This document shows, piece by piece, positions 52,701 to 63,660 of a DNA stretch of 64,000 nt. Positions within the stretch are counted from its first letter, which is position 1. Each line of letters opens with the position of its first letter. The DNA lies in NCBI GenBank assembly GCA_050575255.1, contig JBNZDD010013549.1:739283-803282 (forward strand), given 5' to 3'. Source of the stretch: Harriotta raleighana. Lineage: Eukaryota. Both the position numbers and the translations under genes were made by a program. Below the pieces are notes generated by a model. The model was given only the letters and a program-made list of their open reading frames with translations, was not told the DNA's origin and searched no databases.

Positions 52701-55117
52701 TTTCCAACTGAGAATCCCTCTGGGTCAAAAACAAATCAATTCTTTAATGGATAGGCAAACTTAAATATCTACAGCCAAATGCTCTCGGGCACCCAGGATT
52801 ATCATCAATGTGCAAATAATACCTGGTTGTTCTGTTACATCCACTTTAGCAACATTGATACCCAGGTCTTCACTCCACTCAGCAAAGTCACTCCACTCAG
52901 ACTGAAGCTGTTGGCAGGCAGGGCACCATGGAGCATAGCTGGGGTGACATCAAAAGATCATAACATTAGTTTGTCTGACGAAGGCTCTTAGGCCCGAATA
53001 AGATCTGGTCTCATCCTTCCAGAATATCCATTCTACTGTACAGTCCTCTGATCACAGCATCATGCTGTGTTTTTAAAAAAAATAAAGAGTCTAATCTGCT
53101 GGCCTCAACCACCTTTCTTGACAACCTGTTCCAGTCATTAATTACCGACTGGTAAAAAAAACATGCATCGGTCCTGAAATTAACCGTTGGAACGCAGAAT
53201 CTATGTCCTATTGTTCAAATATTTTCATGCATCCTAATGTGTTGTTATCTCATTTACGCCTTCATCAGATCCAGGTTTAACTATGCCAACATCCTGCTTG
53301 TCAGCCATCCCAATTCCTCCCTGCCTAGGCTGCAGATTATCCAGAACTCTACAGCCCGTGTCCTCTCCCAGTGAGCTCTGCAACCCCATCTCCCCAATTC
53401 CTGTCCGACTCCATTGGCTCCCCATCATTCAGAGGTTTCAATTCAAGATCCAGGTCCTCACTTTAAAAGCCCTCCATGGCCTTATCCCACCCTACCTCCA
53501 CGAACACCTAACCCTCTACCAACCTGTCCACACCCTCCGCTCGGCAGACTCCAGCTTATTCCATATTCCCCCATCCAACCAACCCACCATTGGTGGGCAA
53601 GACTTCAGCCACTCTTCCCCCAACCACTGGAATTCCATCCCAAAATCTCTCTGCTTCTGCTCCTCCCCAGCCTCCTTCAAGTCCTGCCTCAAGACCCTCC
53701 TCTTTGACGTGCCATCAGTCAGCCCTTCTCTTTCCTCTATCCTCCCGGATCCCGACCCGAGCTTGGGTCTGAAACATTGACTGTCCAGCACCCTGGGACG
53801 TCCTCCCAATGTGAAAGGTGCTATATGAATGTACATTTGTTGTTGTTCTTAGTTTAATTTTCAAACACATTTCAAATCTCCACCCTTAATAAAGTCCCCT
53901 CTAAGACATCATCTTTCCAGATTGAAGAGGCCTAGCTTCTCTAATCATTACTCAAAACTCAACCCATTAAAACTCCCTGCACTGCCTGTTGGGCCTGAAA
54001 TAATAAAACACACTGTCAGGAACACATGTGTTCACACCGGATGTACTTTGGTGACTTTTACCTCAGGGAGGTTTCCGGAGAGAGGTTGGGAAGAAGAGGC
54101 AACCAGATTTTACACACATTTTAACCTGAAATTAGGATTTGGGCCCATAAAATTTAATCAATTCACTTGATGGTATATTCTGTGATGCATTTTGAGATAT
54201 CTCCCATGCCACGATACGATAGGCGCTATATGAAATGCAAGATTATGATAATTACTCTAATAATAAAGATAATCTTTGCATTTCATAGAGTGCTTTTCAT
54301 ATCTTCTAGATGTCTCAAAGCGCTTCAAGCGTTTATACTGTAAAGTGAATGGACTGTATATTTGTGGGCGAAACACGGTAGCCAATTGCACACAGCAGTG
54401 TCCCCACACAGTCATGGATTGAGAGACAAATTTATTATTTTTTTCTTGAGGTATTATTATCGGGTGTGTGGAGTAAGGAAACTTGTCCAAGGTTTTGCAC
54501 TGCCGGGGGAATCATACCCAGGTCTATCCCTCACCTCACTCCTCCCCTCAATCCCCCCTCCTCTCGCCCCCTCCCCTCACACCCCCCTCTTCCCCTCACT
54601 CCCCCACCACCCTCCTCACTCTCTCTCCCCCTTTCTCCCCTCACTCTGCCCCCTCCTCCCCTCACTCTTCCTTCCTCCCCTCACTCCCTCTCCCCTCCTC
54701 CTCTTCCCCTCACTCCCTTCCTCCCTCCCCCTTCCTGTCTCCTCACTCCCTGCCCCCCTCACCCCCTCCTCACTCCACCTCCCTCCCTCACTCCCCCATG
54801 TACAGTACCAGCCCCCCTCCCCATTCCTCCCCTCACTCCCCCATGTACAGTACCAGCCCCCCTCACNCCTCCCCATGTACAGTACCAGCCCCCCCCTCCC
54901 CCCCTCCCCCCCCTATGTCAGTACCAGCCTCCCCCGGGCCAGGCTCCCCGGGCCCCGGGACTCACAATTCGATCATCCACTCCCCCTGCAGCATCTCTGC
55001 CCAGTTCTGGTCGGTGATGACGATGACGGGGCTCCGCCTGGCCCGCGCGGCCGGTGTGAGGACCGTGAGCAGAGCCACGAGCCCCAGGAGGAGAAGCCGC
55101 CCGGCCCCGGCCGCCAT
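49610..55117 (-). CDS. TMX1: Thioredoxin-related transmembrane protein 1, 8 coding exons: join(complement 54966-55117, 52823-52938, 52418-52463, 52137-52265, 51770-51815, 50550-50651, 50182-50251, 49610-49782); 834 nt, 277 aa
   Basis: Spliced translation: MAAGAGRLLLLGLVALLTVLTPAARARRSPVIVITDQNWAEMLQGEWMIEF-YAPWCPACQQLQSEWSDFAEWSEDLGINVAKVDVTEQP-GLSGRFIITALPTIYH-CKDGEFRKYQGPRMKNDFLDFIDGKKWETIEPVSSWFRPSSFM-MASMSALFQLSMWIR-HCHNYFTEDLGIPVWGSYSIFALATLSSGLVLGL-ILVFVADCMLPSRRFKYQPHCSQK-KLPGSKPP...RTLRKRGADNS*. It has a signal peptide, WCPAC thioredoxin motif, TM helix and C-terminal RKR. All introns are GT-AG with consistent phases. It closely matches human TMX1 as I recall it (RRSNVRVITDENW, MSALFQLSMWIR), more than TMX4. 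Confidence 0.96.
50182..50251 (-). CDS. TMX1: TMX1 exon 7, 70 nt
   Basis: cag|ATTCTTGTC...CTCAAA|gtgag; encodes ILVFVADCMLPSRRFKYQPHCSQ. Confidence 0.92.
50412..50513 (+). mobile_element. SINE 3' fragment in TMX1 intron 6, ending about 35 nt from the exon 6 donor
   Basis: acaaatatacagtcaattcactttacagtatattctgtg...caaatgccaggattattatt. Confidence 0.88.
50550..50651 (-). CDS. TMX1: TMX1 exon 6 (transmembrane segment), 102 nt
   Basis: tag|CACTGCCATAATTAC...GGATTG|gtaag; encodes HCHNYFTEDLGIPVWGSYSIFALATLSSGLVLGL. Confidence 0.95.
51770..51815 (-). CDS. TMX1: TMX1 exon 5, 46 nt
   Basis: cag|GATGGCCAGC...ATCCGT|gtaagt; encodes MASMSALFQLSMWIR. Confidence 0.95.
52137..52265 (-). CDS. TMX1: TMX1 exon 4, 129 nt
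   Basis: cag|TTGTAAGGATGGA...TTTAT|gtaagt; encodes CKDGEFRKYQGPR...EPVSSWF. Confidence 0.95.
52418..52463 (-). CDS. TMX1: TMX1 exon 3, 46 nt
   Basis: cag|GCTTAAGTGGTCGT...TATCA|gtgagt; encodes LSGRFIITALPTIY with the cis-Pro loop. Confidence 0.95.
52823..52938 (-). CDS. TMX1: TMX1 exon 2 (WCPAC active site), 116 nt
   Basis: cag|CTATGCTCCATGGTGCCCTGCCTGC...CAACCAG|gtatt. Confidence 0.96.
53090..53990 (-). mobile_element. Old CR1 fragment in TMX1 intron 1 (about 53090-53216 and 53849-53990), split by an L2 insertion
   Basis: gcctcaaccacc...ctgttccagtcattaattacc...ctatgtcct and aagtcccctct...tttccagattgaagaggcctagcttctctaatc are consecutive reverse-complement CR1 segments. Confidence 0.6.
53250..53848 (+). 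mobile_element. L2 3' fragment (RT C-terminus and 3'UTR) in TMX1 intron 1
   Basis: Translates to PISPIPVRLHWLPIIQRFQFKIQVLTLKALHGLIPPYLHEHL...IGGQDFSHSSPNHWNSIP; (gtt)n tail. Confidence 0.93.
54150..54520. mobile_element. Tail-to-tail SINE pair: + 3' fragment (about 54150-54255) and - near-full copy (about 54258-54520)
   Basis: tcaattcac...aaatgcaagattat followed directly by taatctttgcatttcatagagtgc...ggagtaaggaaacttgtccaagg. Confidence 0.85.
54525..54915. repeat. C-rich low-complexity minisatellite (cctcactccc units; three ccccatgtacagtaccagccccc units) in TMX1 intron 1
   Basis: Directly visible; one N at 54867. Confidence 0.9.
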
Positions 55118-55180
55118 CTTCCTCACCCCCAACGCTCCTCCTCCTCCCGCCTACACACACTGCGCATGTGCGAGAGGGGA
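54930..55180 (-). promoter_or_regulatory. TMX1 CpG-rich promoter/exon 1 with a YY1-like motif (AAGATGGCGGC over the ATG, 55110-55120) and an NRF1-like motif (TGCGCATGTGCG, about 55161-55172)
   Basis: High CpG density relative to the rest of the window; motifs read directly; typical housekeeping promoter arrangement. Confidence 0.65.
54966..55117 (-). CDS. TMX1: TMX1 coding exon 1 (signal peptide, start of Trx fold), 152 nt
   Basis: aagATGGcg start in good Kozak context; ends GAATT|gtgagt. Confidence 0.95.
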
Positions 55181-55199
55181 GAGGAGGGAGGTGCAGAGT

Positions 55200-55745
55200 A
55201 CAGAGGGGGAGAGGGAGGGATTGTGGGGGAGGGGATTGAGGGGGAGGGGAGGGATTGTGGGGGAGGGGAGGAGTATGGGGGGAGGGGGTGTGTGGTGGGA
55301 GGGGGGGAGAGGAGGGATTGTGGGGGAGGGGATTGAGGAGGAGGGGAGGAGTATGGGGGGAGGGGGTGTGTGGTGGGAGGGGGGGAAGGAGGGATTGTGG
55401 GGGAGGGGATTGAGGGGGAGGGGAGGAGTATGGGGGGAGGGGGTGTGTGGGGGAGAGGAGGAGTATGGGGGGAGGGGGTGTGTGGGGGGAGGGGAGGGAT
55501 TGTGGGGGAGGGGATTAAGGGGGAGAGGAGGAGTGTGGGGGGAGGGAGAAGGAGTATGGGGGAGGGAGAAGGAGTATGGGGGAGAGGGAAGGGGAGAGGG
55601 AGTGTGGGGAGAGGGGAGAGAGTGTGCGGGGAGGGGAGGGAGGGAGTGTGGGGGGAGGGGGGCAGGGGAAGTGTTGGGGGAGAGGGAGGGGGGCAGGGGA
55701 AGTGTTGGGGGCGATAGTGAGGGAGGGGAGAGGGAGGAGTTGAGA
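55200..55745. repeat. G-rich minisatellite upstream of TMX1 (ggagggattgtgggggaggggattgag / ggagtatgggggga units)
   Basis: Directly visible tandem variant units with many G4+ runs. Confidence 0.9.
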
Positions 55746-55944
55746 AAGAAAATTAAATGAAAAGATTGAGCGAGAGAAGAGAGACTTGAGGAGAAGGGGG
55801 AATGCAAGTGATTGAGAAGCGAGAGTGTGAGAGGAGGGGAAGGAGAAAGGGAGAAGTGATCGCACAACAATACGCTGCGTTTCTACAGTGGGTTATTTCT
55901 ATAGTTTCTTCACGCAGGGTCGAGTCTCGGAGCACTTTACTTGC

Positions 55945-56435
55945 TTAATAATCACAATGCTTACATTTGATATAGTGTCTCATCGTGTCTTCGAGACACC
56001 TCGAAGCGCTTCACACAATACACTGTGAAGTGAATTGATTGTGTTTTTGTGGACAAAATGGGGAAGCCAATTACGCACAGTGATGTTTGTATTTGATATG
56101 CTGTAGTGCTTTTCACGTAATGAGGATGTCTCAAGTGCTTTGCATGCTTTTATTGTAAAGTCTAGCGATTATGTTTCTGCAGGTGAACATGAAAGCCAGT
56201 CAATCTTGCACAACATTGCCCAACAATCAGCCATGAATTGAAAAAAAAATTATTCGGGAGATTTGTCAGCCGGGAGACTGATCTTTGAATAGTGACATGG
56301 GATGTTTAACGTTCACCTGTACAGATCAACAGACAGTTGTTTCGCCCACAAAAGTCAATTCACTTTACAATATAAACTGTGAAGCGCTCTAAAGTTGTGA
56401 TGAGACGTTATATCAAATGCAAGGATTATTATATG
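55945..56435. mobile_element. SINE cluster upstream of TMX1: - 3' fragment (55945-56085), ancient Deu remnant (-, about 56085-56335) and + 3' fragment (56340-56435)
   Basis: cttacatttgatatagtg...gaagcgcttcac; ctttgaatagtgacatgggatgtttaacgttcacctg; tttcgcccacaaaagtcaattcactttac...caaatgcaaggattatt. Confidence 0.8.
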
Positions 56436-57755
56436 ATGTCCCATCTGATTAATTGCTGCCAAATATATTTTTTTATTAATAATACAAATGAGCTGGCTGC
56501 TATTTCCAGTGCGACATAGACAAGGGAAAGATAGTCAGCCCTAATTAAATCACATGCACATTGCTCACAAAATTGGTGCTCCTAGAATGGATAAACTTTT
56601 TTTAAGAAATGGGGAGGAGGATTATATTAGAGGGAGATCTTTTTTCTTGCAATGTGACCCTATTGCAACCGCTGATACTTGACATTGTCGAAAGCCAGTC
56701 CAAGCAGGGTATCTTGGCAAATATTAAATATTGAAAAACTACAGTAGTCTAGGAGATGAAGTAACAGTATTCTAGCAGGTTCAAGGCCAATAAAAAAGTG
56801 CGGAAATATGGCTCAATAGTACATACTGGTCTGCTGAGAAAACAAAAATGTATCAGTTGCAGGAAGGATGAGCAGCAATGTTTGTTGTATGTTCTCAAAA
56901 GATTATCATATCTCTGGGGTGTTCACAATGTTCACATCTAATGCACTAAATATTAATCATTTAAAAATTTGGTAAAGAGGTAAGAGGATAAATGATGTTC
57001 TTTTGTGGCTTGATTTCAGTGCAGCTGGAGGCATTTTAAGTGGTGATTAATTTGTTGAGGGGTGCGGGAATGTTTAGAGCAATTACATTGAACATTCTCT
57101 TTGAAAATCAATTGTTTCCATTAATCCGCATGTAATCTCCATGTGATATATCCATCCATGAATAACATTCTCTGCACTTCTGTCACTGTTACCAAAATGC
57201 AGTGTTGGATTTGGTATTACAAGCAAAGTAAAGTATTCTGGAATTAATATTTCAAGATCATGTTTTATTCTCTAGATATGAACCTTTGCACCTTTTCCGG
57301 CTATGGTACTGGAATACAATGTACTCAAATGGCAGAACTAACTAACTTCCTCTACATTACCTTAATTCTAAACTCATCAATATTTCAGACAGATGCACTA
57401 CTGACAATCGTAGGTTATGTAACAAATAACCTATGACTATTGTGAACTTTTTTTCCTTACTAATTAGCTTTGATTCCTTTCCTCAGGGGAGAGTTCATTC
57501 CTTTCCAACAATCTACCTCTGGGATTTCCATGTATGAATGGGACGCATGGAAATCCCAGCTTAGTTTGGATACTCTTAAGCATGGTTGATGGGCTGACAA
57601 AAAAAATAGCTGGTTTGCTGTAAATTTGTTGAAGAATAACAGAAAAAACAGCTTCAAAGTTAAGATTGAATTCAACAATTTTTCCAAATTCTGCATGCTC
57701 TGAAATTCTACAGAAATGGAGAAAATCTAGACCCAGGAGGGATCCCGCCCCCCTC

Positions 57756-57756
<1 letters not shown>

Positions 57757-57799
<43 letters not shown>
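57757..57799. repeat. Poly-C homopolymer, about 43 nt
   Basis: Directly visible; homopolymer length may be unreliable. Confidence 0.85.
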
Positions 57800-57802
<3 letters not shown>

Positions 57803-59334
57803 ATTCCTCCCCTTGGAGAGAAGATTGGAGAATATCTTTGTGGTTCCAAAAATCATAGTGCAAACTATGACGTAAACTGTGGTATTCAGTTAATAGATAC
57901 TGAGCAAGGTCCAGCTAACCATCCAGAGTGTTCAAAGGAAACTCAAAGTGAGCACAGTAGGAGGAGCATCTGTTAGTACTGCTTATCCATCTGCCATAAA
58001 CCACAGGAAGAAAATTAGGAGCTTGCAATCGCATCAGGAAACATTTCATCTCATGTCGCTTTCACAGAAATCAATCTGCGATATTCAGAATGTTTTGTCC
58101 AACCAAACACAAATTCAATGTTCAGAAAATACAGTCAGAATTTTTCTATGGACAATTTTATTTTATTAGCCTCACCTTTCCCTAGCAGTGACGGATAGCT
58201 TTCCATTTTTAATCTGTCTGTTTTAAAATATTACAGCTAAAGCAATTTGGGAAGATAGCTGAGATAACAGTTTTCATTTGTCTAACAAAACGTGCATCTA
58301 TTTGATGTAGTGCCTATCAAGTTGAATTGTCTGAAACCACTTCAGAAATAATTAATGAGAAGTGTAGTGACTGTGGTAAACATGGCAACCATTTTGCAGA
58401 CAGCAGGATAAATTTTAAATCCTGAATGTGAGCATACAGTGTACGGAACACATTTTTGTGAATCATATTTTTCAGTTACATACAAAATCCAAACTACGGA
58501 TGCAGCTTCGACACAAGTTGCCAGCCAATTGCGAACATTCAGCACAGTGTAATCTTCCCACACAATATCACACCCTCTGTCACTAAGCAGATTCACTCTG
58601 CGTTGGCATATGATGCATTCTCCCAGGCCAGTCGTTCACTCCTAAAGCAGAAACAATAAAGAAATCTTCATGGATGTGATTTTCAGATTACAGTACTGTA
58701 ATAGCAAACCAGATAGATTTTGCATACTTGGTTCTTTTGTTCATAATCCACCCACAGACCCGCAACTAAAGTGAGATGTGGACATTGAGGAAGAACTGAA
58801 GTTGATTGCATGATTGCTGACTTCTCTCATAACTTTAAGGAATAGATCTCACTGGAATAAAGGAATTAGCTGCACTCACTGGAGAGATCAATGTGTTGCA
58901 ATTTTCATATTCATGGTGTTTCTATTTTGGGTGGGCCACAGTCTTATGTTTACCAGATATGTAATATGCATGAGTGTTACTTCTTGACCTCTTCATTGAT
59001 ATTAATGATCTTCTCTGGAAAATACTATCAAAATGCTAATGACAAGCAAGGGCAGAGTGCCATTGTTATGGTAACAGTCTGTGATGCAGAGCTGCCTAAC
59101 TATTGACTTGGATTGTGCCCTAGCACTCAAAAGATTAAAAGAAACTAAACTGTTTTGGTCATGCTCGCCTTTTGTCTGGAATTAAATACTGCATTAGCAG
59201 ACACTGAGGCAGCCCCTTTTGACTCTAGATAAATGAACACCTAACCCAAAGACTGCTTCTGATTATCCCAAAAGGTTCAGTTTTATAAATTACTTGCAAC
59301 CTCTCATATTATACAGAATTCCCAATCTAAGCAG

Positions 59335-59605
59335 TAACAACAACAACTTGCATTTATGTAGCACCCCTCAAACAGGGTAGAGTCCCAGAGCACTTGGTAG
59401 TTGTGTAGAACAATATTGAGCCAGGGGAAGGGTGAGGGGTGTGACCTTTGGCACGCTTGAATAGGAAGTCCTGAAGATGGGGAAGGAAGGGGCAACTTGG
59501 ATGGATAGAAGAAGAGTGTTCCATAGTTTGGGGGCATAGAGGCTGAAGGCATGTCCACCAATGGTGGAACGGAAGGCAAGAGAGACATGCAGGGGGCCAG
59601 AGCCA
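59335..59605 (-). mobile_element. L2 3' fragment
   Basis: caacaacttgcatttatgtagcacc; minus translation FRSTIGGHAFSLYAPKLWNTL. Confidence 0.82.
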
Positions 59606-61005
59606 GTCAAGCAGCATATTGGACCTCAATTAATGTATTATCTGAATCAGCACCTCTGACAATGCTCTCCAAACACTGCTCTGGGGTGTCAGACTTGGCA
59701 ATCAACAACAAAAATAACAACAAAATTACATTTGTAGAGCNACCAATGGTGGAACGGAAGGCAAGAGAGACATGCAGGGGGCCAGAGCCAGTCAAGCAGC
59801 ATATTGGACCTCAATTAATGTATTATCTGAATCAGCACCTCTGACAATGCTCTCCAAACACTGCTCTGGGGTGTCAGACTTGGCAATCAACAACAAAAAT
59901 AACAACAACAAAATTACATTTGTAGAGCAGGGGGGGTGCAGGGGGGAAAGCAGTTTAATTATTCATTTTGAAAATCGCAAAGATCATGATATAATGCTGA
60001 TAGTAAGCGCAGTAAGTGCTGATATTATTATCAGGGAATTAATTGGTTAGAAGTACATTATAGTGATCAGCCCAGGATGCTCATTTCAAATGCTTCTGAC
60101 AACTCAACTCCCTCACACTATGTAACTCCTCCATGGCAATTTTTCCAATGCTCCAATAGAACATACATTTTAAACAGAAGTTTTTTTTCCCTCAAACAGT
60201 AAAAATAGACATTCAGAGGGCGTTGAAGTGATTCATAATTATTTCTATTTTTTCCTTTTCTGAAGGTAAACTGAGTGACAATGCTCTACTGAAATGGCAG
60301 ATTATATTTTCAACTGGTAGCCACTGCCAGCATCATTTGCCTACCTCAAAATTTCAGCATGTAAACTGTAGCCGCCTCTTAACTTTCAACATCATCACTG
60401 AGAAACATTCTGCTTTTCCCTGATTTCATATACACTATTTCTATCAATTCCACCCAATGACATTCTAGGACTGTTTGCATTTCAATTTAATAAAGCATTA
60501 TCTTCGCTGAATTTGGCAAATACTGCAGAAGAAAGCATATAACCCATCACACCCACTCCTGCATTCAAGCTAAATCTACCTTGTCATAGATTGCCTTCCA
60601 GGAATGCATTTTACAGATATTCTCTAGACTCCAAAGATAATTAAGTATAGCTCCAATCCATATTTCCACTATTCAACTCTGATCTTTACACCCCTTCACA
60701 GACTGCACTTCCTTTCCTGGTCTCAACTGCCTCACACTATGTAACTCCTCCATGGCAATTTCTTTAAATATTTATTTATCTTCAATCTAGCCCTGTAGCC
60801 TCCAAAGCCGTTCTCAAGAAACTACAGTACTTATCCATTTTTGTTGCAGGAATTAATGCAGTTACACGTTAAGTTACATGATTCCATTAATACTATAGGA
60901 TATAATTTTTTTTCTAATCTTTAGCCCTGCTCAACTTTTTTAGTTCAATCCTCTGCCTTCTTGTGCTCTCACAGTCTAAATCAAATACTGTAGTCCACTT
61001 ATATC

Positions 61006-61064
61006 AACAACAACAAAATTACTCTTGTATAGCGCCTTTCACGTCAGGAGGACATCGCAAGGCA
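61006..61064 (-). mobile_element. L2 3' terminus
   Basis: caacaacaacaaaattactcttgtatagcgcctttcacgtcaggaggacatcgcaaggc. Confidence 0.8.
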
Positions 61065-63660
61065 ATGATATTAATATCATTCTAAGTCCTAGAATCCCCT
61101 TGGGCTTCTACAAGTGGCCTCACCAAGGTTAAAATAACATATCCTTTACTCATCCTTTTAATACTACCTTCACACCGATGCCTAATTTATGGTAGCTGTC
61201 TGGAATTTATTGGAATTTCCATTTGCCTCCTTATAAAAAGATGCCCTATTGATGTGTTAAAACTCAGGGGATATGGAAGCAACATCATTTGCTCTTAGCT
61301 GCAGACCAGAGAGTGATATCTCCCTCAACACAACAGCGCGATCAGAAAGATCAACACTGCAGTCCGAGACAAGCATCAATGTGAGTAAAATGCATAATCT
61401 CAGACTCTGTGTAACTGTAATATTAATGTTTCCACTGCGATTTCTCCAATGAGATAGAACCAATACTGCTTGGGAAGAATTAGGAATTGTGAATGAAATT
61501 TCAGCAATTTATAATCTTGGAGAGATAAAAAAACTGTTCCTTCGATAATCATTTTTAGAACATTTTCTAAATAATCATAACGAACTTTGTGTGAAAGCCC
61601 ATGTTTATGATGTGAACATTTAGTGCTTTTGGGAGGGTGGGTGTTGGTGGGGGGAAGAGGGGGGAATGTAATTGTACGTCAGGTTAACATATAAATAGTT
61701 CTACCGATTCTTTCATCCACACCTTTAAATAAATTGGATTACCATGGCTGCTATGGCAACATAATTGCTCGGATTGTTTTTCTTAACTCAGATCAACCCA
61801 TTACAAGACAACTGGTGACTTTCTCTGGAGCTCTGGTTTTCTGGAGCTCATTACTAAGTCACTTTAGTTGTGGGGAGTAGAGAATGACATCTCGTAATTT
61901 ATGAACAGTATATATCACTGGTGTCAGTTAACAGGAGAACAATATCAAAACTATTTCACAACCATTTGGATCGAGCTGTTCGATGTTTGAATGGAATATC
62001 AGGAAATACAAACCTAATATTAAGTATCCACTTCTGAAAACAAAACTACTTTCCCCATTTATTTCTATGTCCACGATGCAGAGGCATCAGATAGTAAGAT
62101 TTTTCACATCAATATAGAAAACACCAGAAGCCACTACTTTATCCCCAGCCCTGCTCCTATCTGGTTAATCTGTCCTTGTCCATTTAGTAAAATGCAAAAA
62201 GCTTGTATCATGCATATTGTCTTTCTTAACTGTTCTGTCATTTCTGCAATTCATATTCTATTTTAAGGCTTTTTTCACTCAAATTGAATAATCAAACTGA
62301 ATGAATCACTCAAAATATATTTAATCCAAATTGAAAATTAATGCTTGGAGGATTATTTTCAATGATTATACATATCATTCTATAATGTCTTCTACGTTAG
62401 CTGGTTACCTGTTTCCCCTTTAAATTTTTAATGAAGTGCTAAACAGTTAGAAAGAACAATTTAGATATATATAGGATCTTTCACATAAAAGAACACCTTG
62501 AAGCACTTCAGAAAATGAGACCAATTAAAAATGAAGCGAAGATTATGCAGGTAGGCAAACATTGAGAGCTAAATTGCACTAGCAAACAGAGATGAGATGA
62601 GCCAATTAATTTGAATTTTTTGGAGTGACTTCCTCAGATACAGGCCTCCTATCTAACCATAACCATAAAAAAAAGTCTAAATATCACAAGCAGGTCTGGC
62701 TCATGTACTACTGAGGAACAATGGTTAAACATATTTGTTAAGTTTTGGCCAGTTGGATAACTGCAGGAAAAGTGGCTGTAAATCAGAAAGACACACTCTG
62801 CCATGCTCTGTTAGGTGTCATATTTCACAGGCTTTGTGAGCATGCAATGATTTGTACCCCTATATCTCTTTTATCTGTCATGGTAATGGACATTAAGTTC
62901 TAAGCATTTGTAACAAACAGTTGATCCTTGAACATAAACCAATGTAAAAATATACTGATTAATCCAAAGCTTTACGGGAAATCAGATACAGCACATCTGG
63001 CAGAATCTTTAAGGTGGTGNACAGTTGATCCTTGAACATAAACCAATGTAAAAATATACTGATTAATCCAAAGCTTTACGGGAAATCAGATACAGCACAT
63101 CAGGAGACTTTGATGTGGTACAGTAATGTCATGCACAATTTCAGAAGTCAGACAATTATTATGAAGCTATTTTGTGTTTTGGGGAACCAAATTATTAAGA
63201 GATGATGTATCATTCATAAAATATTCATATCCATACAATGTTACACTGTATTGGAAGAGAAGATGTTCTCCTGAGTAGAAATCCACAAGGAATACAGTAT
63301 TTTAGTAATACTATGGTCAGAATATACCTAAAGGTGGAGATACAGATAAGATACTAAGGCTAGTTCGACAGGTTACCAATACACTGAGCAACAAAGGTTG
63401 GTTACATTTTGAAGTATTGTCATTAGAATAAGCATATTAAGAGTACAGAACAAATTGTATTATATTTATGAAACACACCAGTGATGGTATTCTTATAACA
63501 ATCCCAACTTTGATAGTTTGCATCTATACTTGACTCCTTAAAATGATTGCTGAATCTGAAGGTCCACGTTTCAGACCTTTATATCCACCGGTTCCAGAAT
63601 ATTTATTGTCCTGTCTATCATTCGACTTGTGTTTCTTAGGATTACCTTCACCTGGAGTGC

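Noticed and set aside
49610-55117. Alternative identification as TMX4
   Set aside because: CPAC site, short tail without the long acidic extension, and near-identity to recalled TMX1 segments (MSALFQLSMWIR, CHNYF.EDLG.PVWGSY) favour TMX1.
54362-55870. Long ORFs (425, 324, 239, 183 aa) rich in Pro/Ser/His or Gly/Glu/Arg
   Set aside because: They are translations of the stop-free C- and G-rich minisatellites. The real coding sequence here is the 152-nt TMX1 exon on the minus strand.
57464-57875. Poly-Gly and poly-Pro ORFs
   Set aside because: Translations of the poly-C tract.
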